A stretch of 64,000 bases of DNA, from NCBI GenBank assembly GCA_963514005.1, contig OY740801.1, positions 27,156,001-27,220,000 of the forward strand, in the 5' to 3' direction. The notes under the pieces were generated by a model. That model ran no database searches and was not told where the DNA came from. It saw nothing but the letters and a program-made list of their open reading frames with translations. The translations under genes and the position numbers were made by a program. Shown here one piece after another: positions 1 to 12,267 of this stretch (positions within the stretch are counted from its first letter, which is position 1; every line of letters starts with the position of its first letter). Source of the DNA: Raja brachyura. Its lineage: Eukaryota.

Positions 1-294
1 CAAATTAAAATTCATAGCTAACATGTGGAGAATAACATATTACTTTGAATTGAGAGGCAACTAAAAATTATAGGGTAGTTTTAAAAGATGCCCAAATGTG
101 CTGTTTCATCTTGGCTTGGTGAGAGCAGTAACGAGATGCAAGGGAAAAAAAAAAATCAGAGAAATTGCAAAGTTTTAATAGAGAAAGGGAGAATTGTTAA
201 AGCCACACAAAATGAACTTACAAAGTTAAAGCACAACAAAGAAAGTATTCAACAGATCAGACAAGGAGAGAAAAAGTTAATGTTTCCGATGGAT

Positions 295-1265
295 GTCCTT
301 TCACCAGTATTGACTATCATCCCGGTGTCAAAGAAAAATAGGGTAGCATGCCTTAGTGACTGTCAACCAGTGCCTCTGACATCCACCATTATGACTTCAG
401 AATGCGATCTCGCTGGCTCTCCACTCAGCACTGGACTACTTGGATAATAAGAACATCGGGCTGTTGTTGATTGACAGCAGCTTGGTATTCAACATCATCG
501 TCTCATCCAAACTGACTCTCAGCTCATTCCTATGTAATTAAACCCTCGACTTTCTCATCAGCAGACCACCATCAGTATGAATTTACAACAATCCTTCCTC
601 CTCGATAACACCTCAAGGCTGTGTTCAGTCCCCCTGCTCTACTCCTTCTATACTCACGACTGTGGAGTCAGGCACAGTTCCAATGCCAACTTTAAATTCA
701 TCGACGATATCAGCATTGTTGGACGAATGACGGGTAATGATGAATCCAGAAAACATGAGGGAGATTGATAATCTGATTGAATGATGCAAGAACAACATCA
801 GCAAGTCAAAGGAGATGGTTGTTGATCTAAGAAGAGGAAAAACGGTGATCCACCCACCCATCTTTGTCGACAATGGAGAGAGTGAACGGTTTAAAGTTTC
901 TGGGCATATATATCTCGTAAGATCTGCTCGGGGCTCAGTACATCAGTGCCATCAAAAAGGCAGCTCATTAATGCCTCTATATCCTTCGAAGATTGAGGCG
1001 ATTTGGTATGTCGACAATACTCTATTGAACTTTTACATATGAACGGTAGAGACCATTTGCTTCACAGCCTGGTTCAGCAACTCAAACATTCAGGAATGAA
1101 GGAGGCTGTTAAAAGTGGTAGATATCGTCTCATCCATCACAGGTACTGACCTCCTCACTATTGCTTCAAAGAGGCAGCCAAAGCCCACAACATTCCAGCC
1201 ATGCTCCCATTTCATTCATCCCATTAGGAAGGGAGTACAGAGACATGAAATTCATGACCACCAAA
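295..1265 (+). mobile_element. Decayed Rex1/Babar-like LINE, RT region
   Basis: Frameshifted remnants TIIPVSKKNRVACLSDCQPVPLTSTIM, PLLYSFYTHDC...KFIDD and MVVDLRR. The 3' part seems to resume at about 1882-2103 after nested insertions. Confidence 0.7.
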
Positions 1266-1267
1266 TT

Positions 1268-1590
1268 TAACAATGAATGAATGAATTAATACAATTTATT
1301 GACCAAGTTTGTATACATTGTTCAGTGCCAGGGTGAGAGGGGTTAGAGATTATTTTACCTGCTCGCTTCTGGGCCCTTGCAGTGTACAGTTCGTCAATGG
1401 GGGGGGGGGGGGGGGGGGAAGGTTGCAGCCAACAATTTTCTCGGCTGATCAAATGGTGTGTTGCAGCCTCCGGATGTCATGCTCGGTGGCTGAGCCAAAC
1501 CAGACCATGATGTAGAAGGTGAGGACAGACTCTATGATGGTAGTGTAAAACTGGACCATCATTGCCTATGGAAGGTTGTGTTTCTTCCCA
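1268..1590 (-). mobile_element. Rex1/Babar-like LINE 3' fragment
   Basis: PIDELYTARAQKRAGKIISNPSHPG and an (ATTC)n tail. Similar to the copy at 54790-55580. Confidence 0.7.
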
Positions 1591-1600
1591 GTAACCATTA

Positions 1601-1878
1601 TGCCCCTGACCACTTAGGAAACCTGAACGGAAACCTCTGGAGACTTTGTGCCCCACCCAAGGTTTCCGTGCGGTTCCCGGAGGTTTTTGTCAGTCTGCCT
1701 AATGGTCGAAAGTGGTTTCCGTTTTAAAAATTGGCAATTTTTTAGTCGAAGACGGTTGCGATGCTAGTTGAAGGTGGTTGCCAGAGGTCAAAAACATCCA
1801 GGAACCGCACGGAAACCTTGGGTGGGGCGCAAAGTCTCCAGAGGTTTTCGTTCAGGTTTCCTAAGTGGGACAGGGGCT
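1601..1878. mobile_element. MITE, PIF/Harbinger-like
   Basis: About 88-bp terminal inverted repeats (GCCCCTGACCACTTAGGAAACCTGAACG... / ...CGTTCAGGTTTCCTAAGTGGGACAGGGGC) with TTA on both sides (1598-1600, 1879-1881). Confidence 0.8.
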
Positions 1879-2104
1879 TTAGGCTCTGGAACACGACACA
1901 ACTCTAATCACAGCAGCTGTGGACATCTATGGACTTCTTTGTTTGCATGACAGACTTCAGCTTTTGCACTATTGTGGTTACCATAACATACATTTATTGT
2001 ATTTTGGATTATATATTATTTGTGCTCTATTACATTTACAAGTCTCTTAAACTGCAGCAAGAATGAATTTCATTGCTCTGTTCTTGGTACATATGACTAT
2101 TAAA

Positions 2105-3112
2105 CCAGTGGGGTGCCTCAGGGATCTGTGTTGGGTCCACTGTTGTTTGTCATGTACATCAATGATCTAGATGATGGGGTGGAAAATTGGATAAGTAAGT
2201 ATGCAGATGATACTAAGATAGGTGGTGCTGTGGATAATGAAGTAGATTTTCAAAGTCTACAGAGAGATTTGGGCCATTTGGAAGAGTGGGCTGAAAGATG
2301 GCAGATGGAGTTTAATGCTGATAAGTGTGAGGTGCTACATCTTGGCAGCACAAATCAAAATAGGATGTACATGGTAAATGGTAGGGAATTGAGGAATGCT
2401 GTGCAACAGAGGGATCTAGGAATAACTGTGCATAGTTCCCTGAAGGTAGAATCACATGTAGATAGGGTGGTAAAGAAAGCTTTTGGTGTGCTGGCCTTTA
2501 TAAATCAGAGCATTGAATATAGGAGTAGGGAAGTAATGTTAAAATTGTACAAGGCATTGGTGAGACCAATTATGGAGTATGGTGTACAATTTTGGTCGCC
2601 TAATTATAGGAAGGATGTCAATAAAATAGAGAGAGTACAGAGGAGATTTACTAGAATGTTGCCTGGGTTCCAGCAACTAAGTTACAGAGAAAGGTTGAAC
2701 AAGTTAGGTCTTTATTCTTTGGAGCGCAGAAGGTTAAGGGGGGACTTGATTGAGGTCTTTAAAATGATGAAAGGGATACACAGAGTTGACGTGGATAAGC
2801 TTTCCCCATTGAGGGTAGGGAAGATTCAAACAAGAGGGCACGACATGGGAACTAAGGGACAGAAGTTTAGGGGTAACATGAGGGGGAACTTCTTTACTCA
2901 GAGAGTGGTGGCTGTGTGGAATGATCTTCCAGCAGAAGTGGTGGAGGCAGGATCGATTTTAACATTTAAAAGTAAAGTGGATAGGTATATGGACGGGAAG
3001 GGAATGGAGGGGTATGGTCTGAGTGCAGGTAGATGGGACTAGGGGAAAATAAATGTTCAACACGGACTAGAAGGGCCGAGAAGGCCTGTTTCCGTGCTGT
3101 AATTGTTATATG
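2105..3112 (+). mobile_element. 5'-truncated CR1 LINE with uninterrupted ORF2 C-terminus
   Basis: ORF 2113-3042 with GVPQGSVLGP, YADD and LYSLERRRLRGDLIEVFK. The 3' UTR has the GGCC...GGCCTGTTTCC stem-loop motif. Confidence 0.95.
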
Positions 3113-4767
3113 TTAGATTTAATTTAAACCATTAATAGTACCATACAAATACGTCCCAACCCAGACAAGGAAGGATCCTGAAGGGATCGAACCCAAAACG
3201 TCACCCATCCATGTTTTCCAGGGATACTGCCTGACCTGCTACCACTTTGTTTCTTTCTAGACAATTACAAACGCAGTGAAATTCAATAGGGACAAGCTAT
3301 CGGGGAAGCAGCTGTATGGGAGATGACCCAACCTGCAATGTGAGAAAGGAATCTCCAGTCTTTTGTTCTTCTATTATTTCCAACATCAGTTTTTGTTTGA
3401 CATAAATACTCTTTGCCCTGTTAACAACTTTCCTGCAATACATCCATTGTACTTATGTCACTGACACCTTTCTTCAACAGTGCCAAAGATTGCTAGCTGC
3501 AATTTAACAGTGGAAATTCAGCTGTTTACCATTTTCTAAAATTACTCGGTGCTTTTCACATATTTGCAATGCAAGAATCACCAAGCATTCATAAAATGAA
3601 AATAAATAATTTGAAATCTGATAGATAAACCCATTTTTATTCAGGGGATGTATATATCTCAGGCACAGCCAGAATTTACTGTTCATCTCTTTGGGAACAA
3701 CTGCAATCTAATGACTAAATTATAATTAAGCCCAGCAAAGTATTTTAAAAATCAGGATACACGTGGATGCAGGAGGGGAATCTGTAGCTATGAGTGATAT
3801 TACAGTGCACATGCTTCCAAGCTAAAGACACCATGGGTTGAAGACATGCTGCCTGCAGAAGCCATGATGAATTCAGTAGATGTACGATTGAAGGAGGGAA
3901 TGGTTCATGGCTACCAATCAAACATGTCATTTGGCCTTTAATGGGACAATGAGCTTAGAAGTACCTTGGCAAATGGGGCAAAATGAGATTGTGAGAGCGA
4001 CCTGATAAAGACAGGAATAAAGTAGATAATTCTGGAAAAAACCCTGCAGATTAAACAATAAGTTCCTGCTCCTAGAATGCCTCTCAGTGGGAGCAAGTGT
4101 GTACTGCTACAATTTAAATAGGGCACAGGTCTTAAATAGCCAGGCTTAAATGCTTCAGCTGCATGCAGCAGGTTCTCCTGCCAAAAATATCAGAGGGATT
4201 GTACTACTGGTTTTGGTGGACTTGTAGAACTGAATGTCTACCTTCCATCTCAAATGCAAGACATACATTAGCATCATAATACAATGTGACTGAGAAGAAC
4301 CATCTGGAAGACATTAATCTAGGACATGATTATCCAATACCCTCATCTTTAGCTCCCAAATTTTGACATACATGGATTGATGTCAGTTTAAAACCAAAAA
4401 GAAAAAGGGCTTGGTTCAGAATTGCATAAAATGTAGAGCACATAAACAGGCCAATCAGGCCCCGAGTCCATACTTTGATTTATGCTTTGCTTGAGTTTTA
4501 ACAACCTTCGATTTCCTTATTTCTTATATTTGGCTCTAGTCTCTTTTAAATGCATAGACACTGGTCGTCTTGATCACAACTTTTGAAAACATCTTAAAAA
4601 TATAAATGCAACGTGAATGCACTCATTTTATGAGATTTCATTTTCAATGCACTCTCTTAAATATCTCTCCTTAAACCCAACATTCTGCTTACAGTCTCAA
4701 GGCTGGGAAGCTAATTATTCTGGTACGAGTTCCAATTGTGTTTGCGGTGATCATATTCATTCATCTG

Positions 4768-4990
4768 TGAAGGAAAGAACTGCAGATGCTGGTTAAAATC
4801 GAAGATAGACACAAAATTCTGGAGTAACTCTGCGGGACAAGCAGCATCTTTGGAGAGAAGGAATGGGTGACGTTTCGGGTCGAGACCCTTCTTCAGTCTG
4901 AAGAAGGGTCTCGACCCAAAACGGCACCCATTCCTTCTCTCCAGAGATGCTACCTGTCCCGCTGAGTTACTCCAGCATTTTGCATCTATA
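4768..4990. mobile_element. Inverted pair of Penelope-derived terminal repeats with hammerhead-like cores
   Basis: Palindrome centred on CTTCAG-T-CTGAAG (4897) with arms of about 90 bp. Same sequence as the tail of the Penelope elements at 62-63 kb. Confidence 0.8.
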
Positions 4991-5280
4991 TTCATTAATC
5001 TAATATGTTGCTAATGAATAAATAATTACAACTGAATTATCCTTGTCTACTTTCTGATTAGATGAGTGCTAATAATTCAATGAGGTTATCAACTAAGATT
5101 TTTCCTTTTGAAAACCATGCCAACCATTCATTCTTCTGTTTTAACTATCACATGAGAGCTCACGACTGAATTTCTCACAAATAGGCTGATCAATTGTAAA
5201 AGCTGGTGGTGGTGGTGGTGGAGTGGGGAGCAGACAAAGTGATGGCCAACAAGACGTGGCAGGCAGTGAGAGGGAAGGGA

Positions 5281-5575
5281 GTTTAGTTTAGAGATACAGC
5301 GTGGAAACAGCCCTTCGGCCCACTGAGACCTTGCCGACCAATGATCACCTGTACACCAGTTCGATCCTGCACACTGGGGACAATTTACGAAAGCCAATTA
5401 ATCTACAAACTGGAACGTCTTTGGAATGTGGGTGGAAACCAGAGCACCTGGAGACAATCAACTTGATCTCAAGGAGAATGTACAAACTCTGTACAGAGAA
5501 CACCCCTAGTCAGGATTGAATCCAGGTCTCTGGCGCTGTAAGGCAGCAACTCTACTGCTGCACCACTGTGCCGCC
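5281..5575 (-). mobile_element. HE1/V-type tRNA-derived SINE
   Basis: GGCGGCACAGTGGTGCAGCAGTAGAG head with a B-box-like GGATTCAATCC, central GGTTTCC...CCCAC core, CR1-like tail and (TAAAC)n end. Confidence 0.85.
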
Positions 5576-5885
5576 TTAAAGTTTATAAGCATTACTCATG
5601 CAGGCACGTTGGTCACAAACGCAAAGTAATTGAATTTATGAAAGCAAATCGAAGGACTTTTATCTATAATCGCTAAATATAGTGAAGAAGGAGTGAAGGA
5701 GTTTTGGTGGTTGTGATAAAATTGGTGGATAAGTACAACAACAATGTACCCTTACAAATAGAGCTTTAGAATTGCATTTCTACAGCAAGTTGATCAGTAA
5801 TCCTATCTGCAATATATCATAAGTACATTTTAGACTTTGACGTCCCGAAAAAAAATTGAGCAAAAGCTCTTTTGTACTTTATATA

Positions 5886-7090
5886 AGCGAGTTTAGTATT
5901 CTGAAAAATGCAAGGAATCATGGGATTTCATCAAAGGTTGAATGCTATACATTAAAATCAAACAAAGCGCTGTAGATTCAGTGAGTATAGCTTGGGTCCG
6001 ATTTTTTGTCTTTTTTTCAGTGGGAGACCGGGGGAGGGGGGGGACCCGCAACCCTGGAGTTCCTCCACTCTCCCCCCCCCCCCCCCAACCACACACTCGA
6101 GTGTGCCATCCCCGCCCGGGAGGGGGCAGCCAGAGACGTCCGGACTGACGGGACACAGGCCCAGCGCAGAGTAGCGCCAACCCAGGCATGATATTCACTT
6201 CCAGAAAAAAAAGGACGGTGTATTGGCCAGGAGTCCGGGAGGCCGATTAGCCCCCCCCCCCCCCCCCCCATCCCCTGTGAGGGTTCAGGGAGCTCCTGCA
6301 TTTTCAATAAGTTGAAAGTGATTCCCAAGCTTTCTGCTGGTAGCTTAGAATTTTTCTAACACATAACCAGTAAAATAACCCCCAAAAGATAAATATTTCA
6401 TGAAATAAATGACTTCATACAGCTAAAAAAATCTTTACAAAAACGTTACCTGAAATGTCTCTTTGCCTTGCACTGTGTGTAAACAGAAAAAGTGATTTTG
6501 GCTGCAGCCATCTTCTGCTTCAGTAAGGGAAGCTGGTCGGTGATTGGCCGCAACAGCCCTCGGACCCGGCGCTAGACTGGGCCGCGCTGCAGGCGGCCTT
6601 CAGTCCAGACCTGGAGTTAGAGCTGGCCCGGACTCTGGGCTTGGGGCTGGGCAAGGGAGGGGGAGAAGGTTGCTGCCCCCGCCAGCACCACCATCACCAA
6701 CGGTACCCGCAGCTCCAGCGGGCGCCCGGCCTTCCATGGCCGGCAGGAGCCCATCTGCAGACTCTCCTGCTGAAGATGGCCAGCGGCTGCCCATCTTCAT
6801 CTCGGTGGATCGCAGGATCTCGGTGTCAGACTGAGGGGAGGGGGGGTGGAGGTGGAGGGCTGCCGGGTCAACCCGGAGGGACAGGCAGAGCCGAGCTGGA
6901 GCCAGGGCCACCCCGGACAGGGACGGGGACGGCCCAACAGCAACTCAACAGCACCCGCAGCGACGGAGAGCCGACCCCGACCACGGACGAAACGCAAGCC
7001 TGCAAACAATGCAGCACCACCATTGCCAAGACTGTTTTATAGCTAGTGACCTATGACTTGGGCATGCGCAGACGGAAAACCGAACTCGCT
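5886..7090 (+). mobile_element. Putative non-autonomous TIR DNA transposon carrying a ZFP36-family gene fragment
   Basis: Imperfect TIRs AGCGAGTTTAGTATTCTG (5886) and CGGAAAACCGAACTCGCT (ending 7090), each flanked by TA. Internal blocks are homologous to 28120-29020. Confidence 0.55.
6650..6834 (+). pseudogene. ZFP36/TIS11-family C-terminal fragment (copy 1)
   Basis: ...SPSADSPAEDGQRLPIFISVDRRISVSD-stop resembles the RLPIFxRISVSE/D C-terminus of TTP-family proteins. No zinc fingers in this copy. Confidence 0.75.
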
Positions 7091-7551
7091 TACTGCAGGA
7101 ACATATTTTCAGACAAAGATGGTAAAAAAATTTACTAAAACATGCAAACTGGTTGTTATAATTATGAGTTTTTAAAAAATATTTTAATCACAATATTCCA
7201 TATCAAGTCCATATTTTATTAGCTAAAATATATGAAACAAAAGTTTGCTGATAACAGAAGCACTTCTCTCTCACTCTTTCAATATGAAAAAAATAATGCC
7301 CAAATGAGAATTTGCTATGTTGTACAAATACAATAAACAGTAAAATTTGGTTGCAATACCCTTCATTAATTCATTAAGCGTTATTCATTCTGAATGATTA
7401 CTGAATTGATTCAAACGGCATCATTAAGACTGCTAACATTTTATCCTAACTTTTTGTTAAATCTGAGACAAATTTGGAAGACACAAACACACAAGGAATA
7501 AATAAACCATTAATTTGAATAACAAATGAATGTCATCAAGTATTCGTCCTA

Positions 7552-7644
<93 letters not shown>

Positions 7645-7687
7645 CTACAAAACAGTATAGACAAATGAAGCCTACTTCGGAATTTAT

Positions 7688-7750
7688 GAATGAATGAATG
7701 AATAGCCTTTATTGTCATTCAGACCTTTCGGTCTGAACGAAATTTCGTGC
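7688..7750 (-). mobile_element. Isolated retroelement 3' tail with GAAA stem-loop
   Basis: Reverse complement GCACGAAATTTCGTTCAGACCGAAAGGTCTGAATGACAATAAAGG then (ATTC)n. The core is identical to the tail at 56650-56720. Confidence 0.75.
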
Positions 7751-8660
7751 TTTCAGATGGTAATAGATATTCACCATAAAAATGTCCACCAGAAACTTAT
7801 GTATTTCTACCTTAATGAGAGGAACACTAATTAATCAAGTCTATCATCACAGATCCAGAGTTGTACAGTGACAAAAGCCCTTCAACCCGCCATGTCTGAC
7901 CTTTGTGCCGATCTAAATTAATCCCAATTGCCCACTCTCTGATTTCTATTGTGCCTTGCCTATTTAAATGTCTGATTACATGTCTCTTAAATATAGTGAA
8001 TTTATCAGATTCCACTAGCTCCTCTGACACAGTTCCAGTTATCAACCACTTTCCATGTAAAAAAGTCCTCAAATCCCTTTAAATCTCCTTTCTCAGACCG
8101 TACACCTATGCCCTCTTGTTTTTGATACCCATATCACTGTAAAACAAATTCTGACCATCTACCCCTCATAATTGTATATGCCTCACCTCTCACCCTCCTT
8201 TGATCGATGGAAAACATGCACAGTCTATCCAATCGTACCCCATAACTCAATTTTTCCAATCCAAGCAATCTAATGAATCTTTTCTGTATTCCGTCCAAGA
8301 CAAGTTTTGGGGCAAATAAGCAAGTGATATTCCAGGATGGATCTTACTAAGGAAGAAAGAGTTCGCAAAAGAAATCCAATGGTTCAGGCGCTGCAAACTC
8401 ATGAGGGACATGGCCAATGTCCACAAAGTTCAGGATGTTCATGAATCTGATATTTTAAGGGACTGTTCAGCTGTAAGAGGTTATTAGGTTAGGGATGGAC
8501 AGGTTAATAGAGAGATTTGAAAAGCATGTTGAAAATTTAATATATTTGAAATATTTTAGCTAAGGTTCAATATAATATAGATAAGAAAGAAAGGGTGCAC
8601 ACAAAGTAAGAGCTGGGGAAGGAGCAACAGAGATTTGGATGAAATCAGATTTACTGAAGT

Positions 8661-8792
8661 CTAGACTAAGTGGGACCCATTGGGTCCCAGTCACACGAGA
8701 GACCTGGTCCCCCAACGCAACCCATTCCCCAATCCAATATTCCACCATGGTGTGGGAGAGGGGGTGGTGTGGGAGAGGGAGTGGTGTGGGGG

Positions 8793-8857
<65 letters not shown>

Positions 8858-9604
8858 GGGGGGGGGGGGGAGGGGGTGTATGTGTGGGAGGGGGTGTATG
8901 TGTGGGAGGGGGTGTAGGGGGGAAGGAGTGTGTAGGGGTAGAGAGTGGTGTGAGGGGGGGTGGTGTGTGGTGGGGGTGGGGTGGTGTGGGAAGGGGGTGG
9001 GGTAATGTGGGGAGCCGGTGGGGGGGTGGGGTGGTGTGGGGGGGTGGGGTAGGGTGGAGCTGGGGGAGGAATGGTGAGTGGTAAAGGATGGTTGTGTGAG
9101 GATGAGCGGGAGGGGGGGAGGGACTCCACTCAGCGGCCACTGGCCGCGGCGCCAAACGGCTCCAGTCAGCGGCTTCCCCGACTCCACACAGCGGCTTCCC
9201 CGACTCCACTCTTGCGGGCTCATTCAGCACGGTTTGCAGACTCAATCACCACGGCTTGTGGACTCAATCAGCACGGCTTGTGGACTCAATCAGCACGGCT
9301 TGTGGACTCAGCTCCGCTTCCGGGGCTTTATTCTCCTCGCCCCGGTGATTGACAGCGGGTGCCGGAAGGGGCGCTACCTTCATGGTGACAGACAGGTGAG
9401 AAGTACAATCTGTTGATCTCACGATTTTCATCACTTCATAACTTTTGTAATATTCCACCGAACGGAACAAAACTTGGTGTGCTTGGAGCAGAGGAGAACG
9501 GTAAGGTGGCGGGCAAATCCTAGCGATATAGGGTATCGTTTTTGCACAAATTTAAAAACTCAAACTGGAAGAGGACAGGATGAGAGTTTTAATAATAGTA
9601 TAGA
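8661..9604 (-). mobile_element. Non-autonomous Helitron-like element
   Basis: 5' end TCTATACTATTATTAAAACTCTCATC, 3' hairpin TGGGACCCAATGGGTCCCA then CTTAGTCTAG. No TIRs or TSD. Contains (GT)n, G-rich and 22-bp tandem repeats. Confidence 0.75.
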
Positions 9605-10318
9605 TAGATGGAAAAAGGCTGGACAGCTGGACAACAGCGCAGAATCATACAGCATGGAAACAGGCCCATATACCGACCAAGATGCCCACATTTGGCCTAT
9701 ATCCCTCCAAACCATTCTCATCCATGTACCTATCCAAATGTCTTTTGGACAGTGCACAGTGAATAGATCAATTTCCCTCATGGGATAAATAAAGTGCTAT
9801 CGTATCACATCAAACCGTTAACACAATCAATTAAGACATAAATCATGATAGGGAAGAGGGGGGTCAGCAGATTAGTGGAAGAGTCAAGGTGCAAAAAACA
9901 TAGATCCCTTGGGCAAGATAAGATAGCATATGGTGGAAGATAAAGAAATTAGGGAAAGATATAGGATCAGGACTGGGATGGGAAACATTTAAAGGAAGTC
10001 TGTGTTGATAGGCCAGAAGTAGGAAGCAAAGCAGCTAAGGCTGTGTAGGAAGAAACTGCAAACCCTTCTCGACCTGAAACATCACCCATTCCTTTTCTCC
10101 AGAGGTGCTGCCTGACCCGTTGAGTTGCTCCAGCATTTTGAGTCTATGCAGCTGAAGGTGTTAGTCAACTGTTCTAAACTGACATTCCCAGGTAGTCGGG
10201 AATTCAGATTTTTAATACAAGATAAAGAGGAAAAATAAGGCAAATTGAGTAAAGGGAGAAAAAATCCCAGTTGTCGCAAGCAGACCTGGATCTCTGAACA
10301 AAATCCAAATATGTATCA

Positions 10319-10492
<174 letters not shown>

Positions 10493-12267
10493 CTAGATGT
10501 AAACCAGAAAAAAGATGTGTTTTATATACACATTCCAATGTCTTTGTTAAAACCAAACAAACTAACAATAAAAATTCTCCAAAGACAATATATTGTTAAA
10601 GAGTGAACTAAATATAAATGACAACAGCCACCATGCCATTCAGTAACTGGTTAGAAATGTCTTGTTGTCAATGGTGTCCAATCAGGTTGAATAAAATTGG
10701 ACCTGGTCCTTCTCCATTGACCATGGCTGCATGCACTTACCTGGACTGGATGCAAGGAGCAATCCATCAGACGTGCTGCACCTCGCAAAATTATACAAGG
10801 TCAAAGCATCTAAATACCTCAGTGGTGAGCAAACCCTGCCTGGACAATATATTGCTGAGGTCCCAGCTTAAAATGGCCTCTTTAACAGGAGGCAAAGCTC
10901 GGGAGCACAGTTTTATCTTATTGTCAAAACAAAGGCAGCAAGTCAAGAATAAATAACGTAATTCTTTCTTATTCCCATGATGGGAATCCCCATTCAAATG
11001 AATGGGGTTTATGATCTGGTGTCAGGTATAACTGGCATTGGATCAGGGAGGAAAATTCCAAAACATGATGCTGATGAATCCCACCAAGATGAGGATCCTT
11101 CACTGGATTTGTGTGGACAGATACGCCATCATCTGTCACTCAGCACATCCCAGTCTTCCAGTAAGTCTTCACATATCTAGGATTTTAATGAATTGCTACA
11201 CAATTTGATCCATAACATTACGCTCTGTTTTATAATCTGCAAGATACCAGTGTTTTGTTCGCAATAGCTACTTTAAGTTTCTGTTGCATATCATTTCAAC
11301 TCCTTGTCCCATTCCCACACCTACCTATCTGCCCTCAGCCTTCCCCACTGCCGTGGTTAGCCAAAAGCAAACTAGAAGAGCAACATCTTATATTGCACTT
11401 CGGTAGCCTCTGACCCATAAGGTATGACTAATGAAGTTTCCAAAATCAGGTAACCCACAACCTTTGTGTTACATTCCTACTCCCCCGTCATACCCAAGCT
11501 CTTTCCCCCATTGCTCATTTTTCTCATCCCTCCATCTCATTACCAAGACTCGTTACCCTCATCCACTTGGTTACATCTGCCTATCACTCACATATCTATC
11601 CATCTTGTGTTTTTTCTCCCTTGGATCACCTTTCTACACCCGCTCCCCAACCTGGTCCCATCTACCGATCACAGCACGTGATTCCATCACCGTTTCCAAT
11701 CTGGTTCCACATATCACCTACTCGTCTCATCACTCCCTTTCATCCTCTGTACTGGCTAACTTCCCACTATATTCTCAGTCTTGATGCAAGTTCTCAACCC
11801 AAGACATCGATCATCTCTTTGCCTCCATAGATGGTGCTTGATCCGCTGAGTTCTTCCAGCAGCTTATTTTCTTACCCGCTTTTGACTCCAAATCACTGAA
11901 AGCAAGCTGTTATTCAGTCTTTTTGTTCCAACAAAATTAAAAACATCTTTGTAATTTAATTTGATTCTATAATCAGCCTTAATTTTTCCGCAAATTCTTT
12001 GTATTTGCTCCAATCAAAATCAAGTCTATAGCCTTTCAACTTCATTAATATTCTTCAAATAGCAAGGCCCAGTGCACATGACCCTTCAACTAAGTGTCTT
12101 TCAAAGTTTTATAACAAAAATCAAGTATTGCATTTTAATAGCATTGCTTCGAACTGTACGTCAGCACACTGATCAGGGTGACCATTGATGTGCCCATGTG
12201 TAGACAGTCAATTCCCTATTATTTTTATGTATATAAACCATCTTGCAGTCACCAATTCAGCAGGTCA

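Noticed and set aside
88-447. 119-aa ORF as a host gene
   Set aside because: A-rich non-coding start fused by chance to a decayed LINE RT fragment.
5281-5575. tRNA gene in SINE heads (also near 34601 and 37900)
   Set aside because: A/B-box-like motifs are followed by SINE core and tail, with no complete cloverleaf.
8560-9245. Pro/His/Gly/Val-rich ORFs in several frames
   Set aside because: They arise from (GT)n and G-rich low-complexity sequence within a Helitron-like element.
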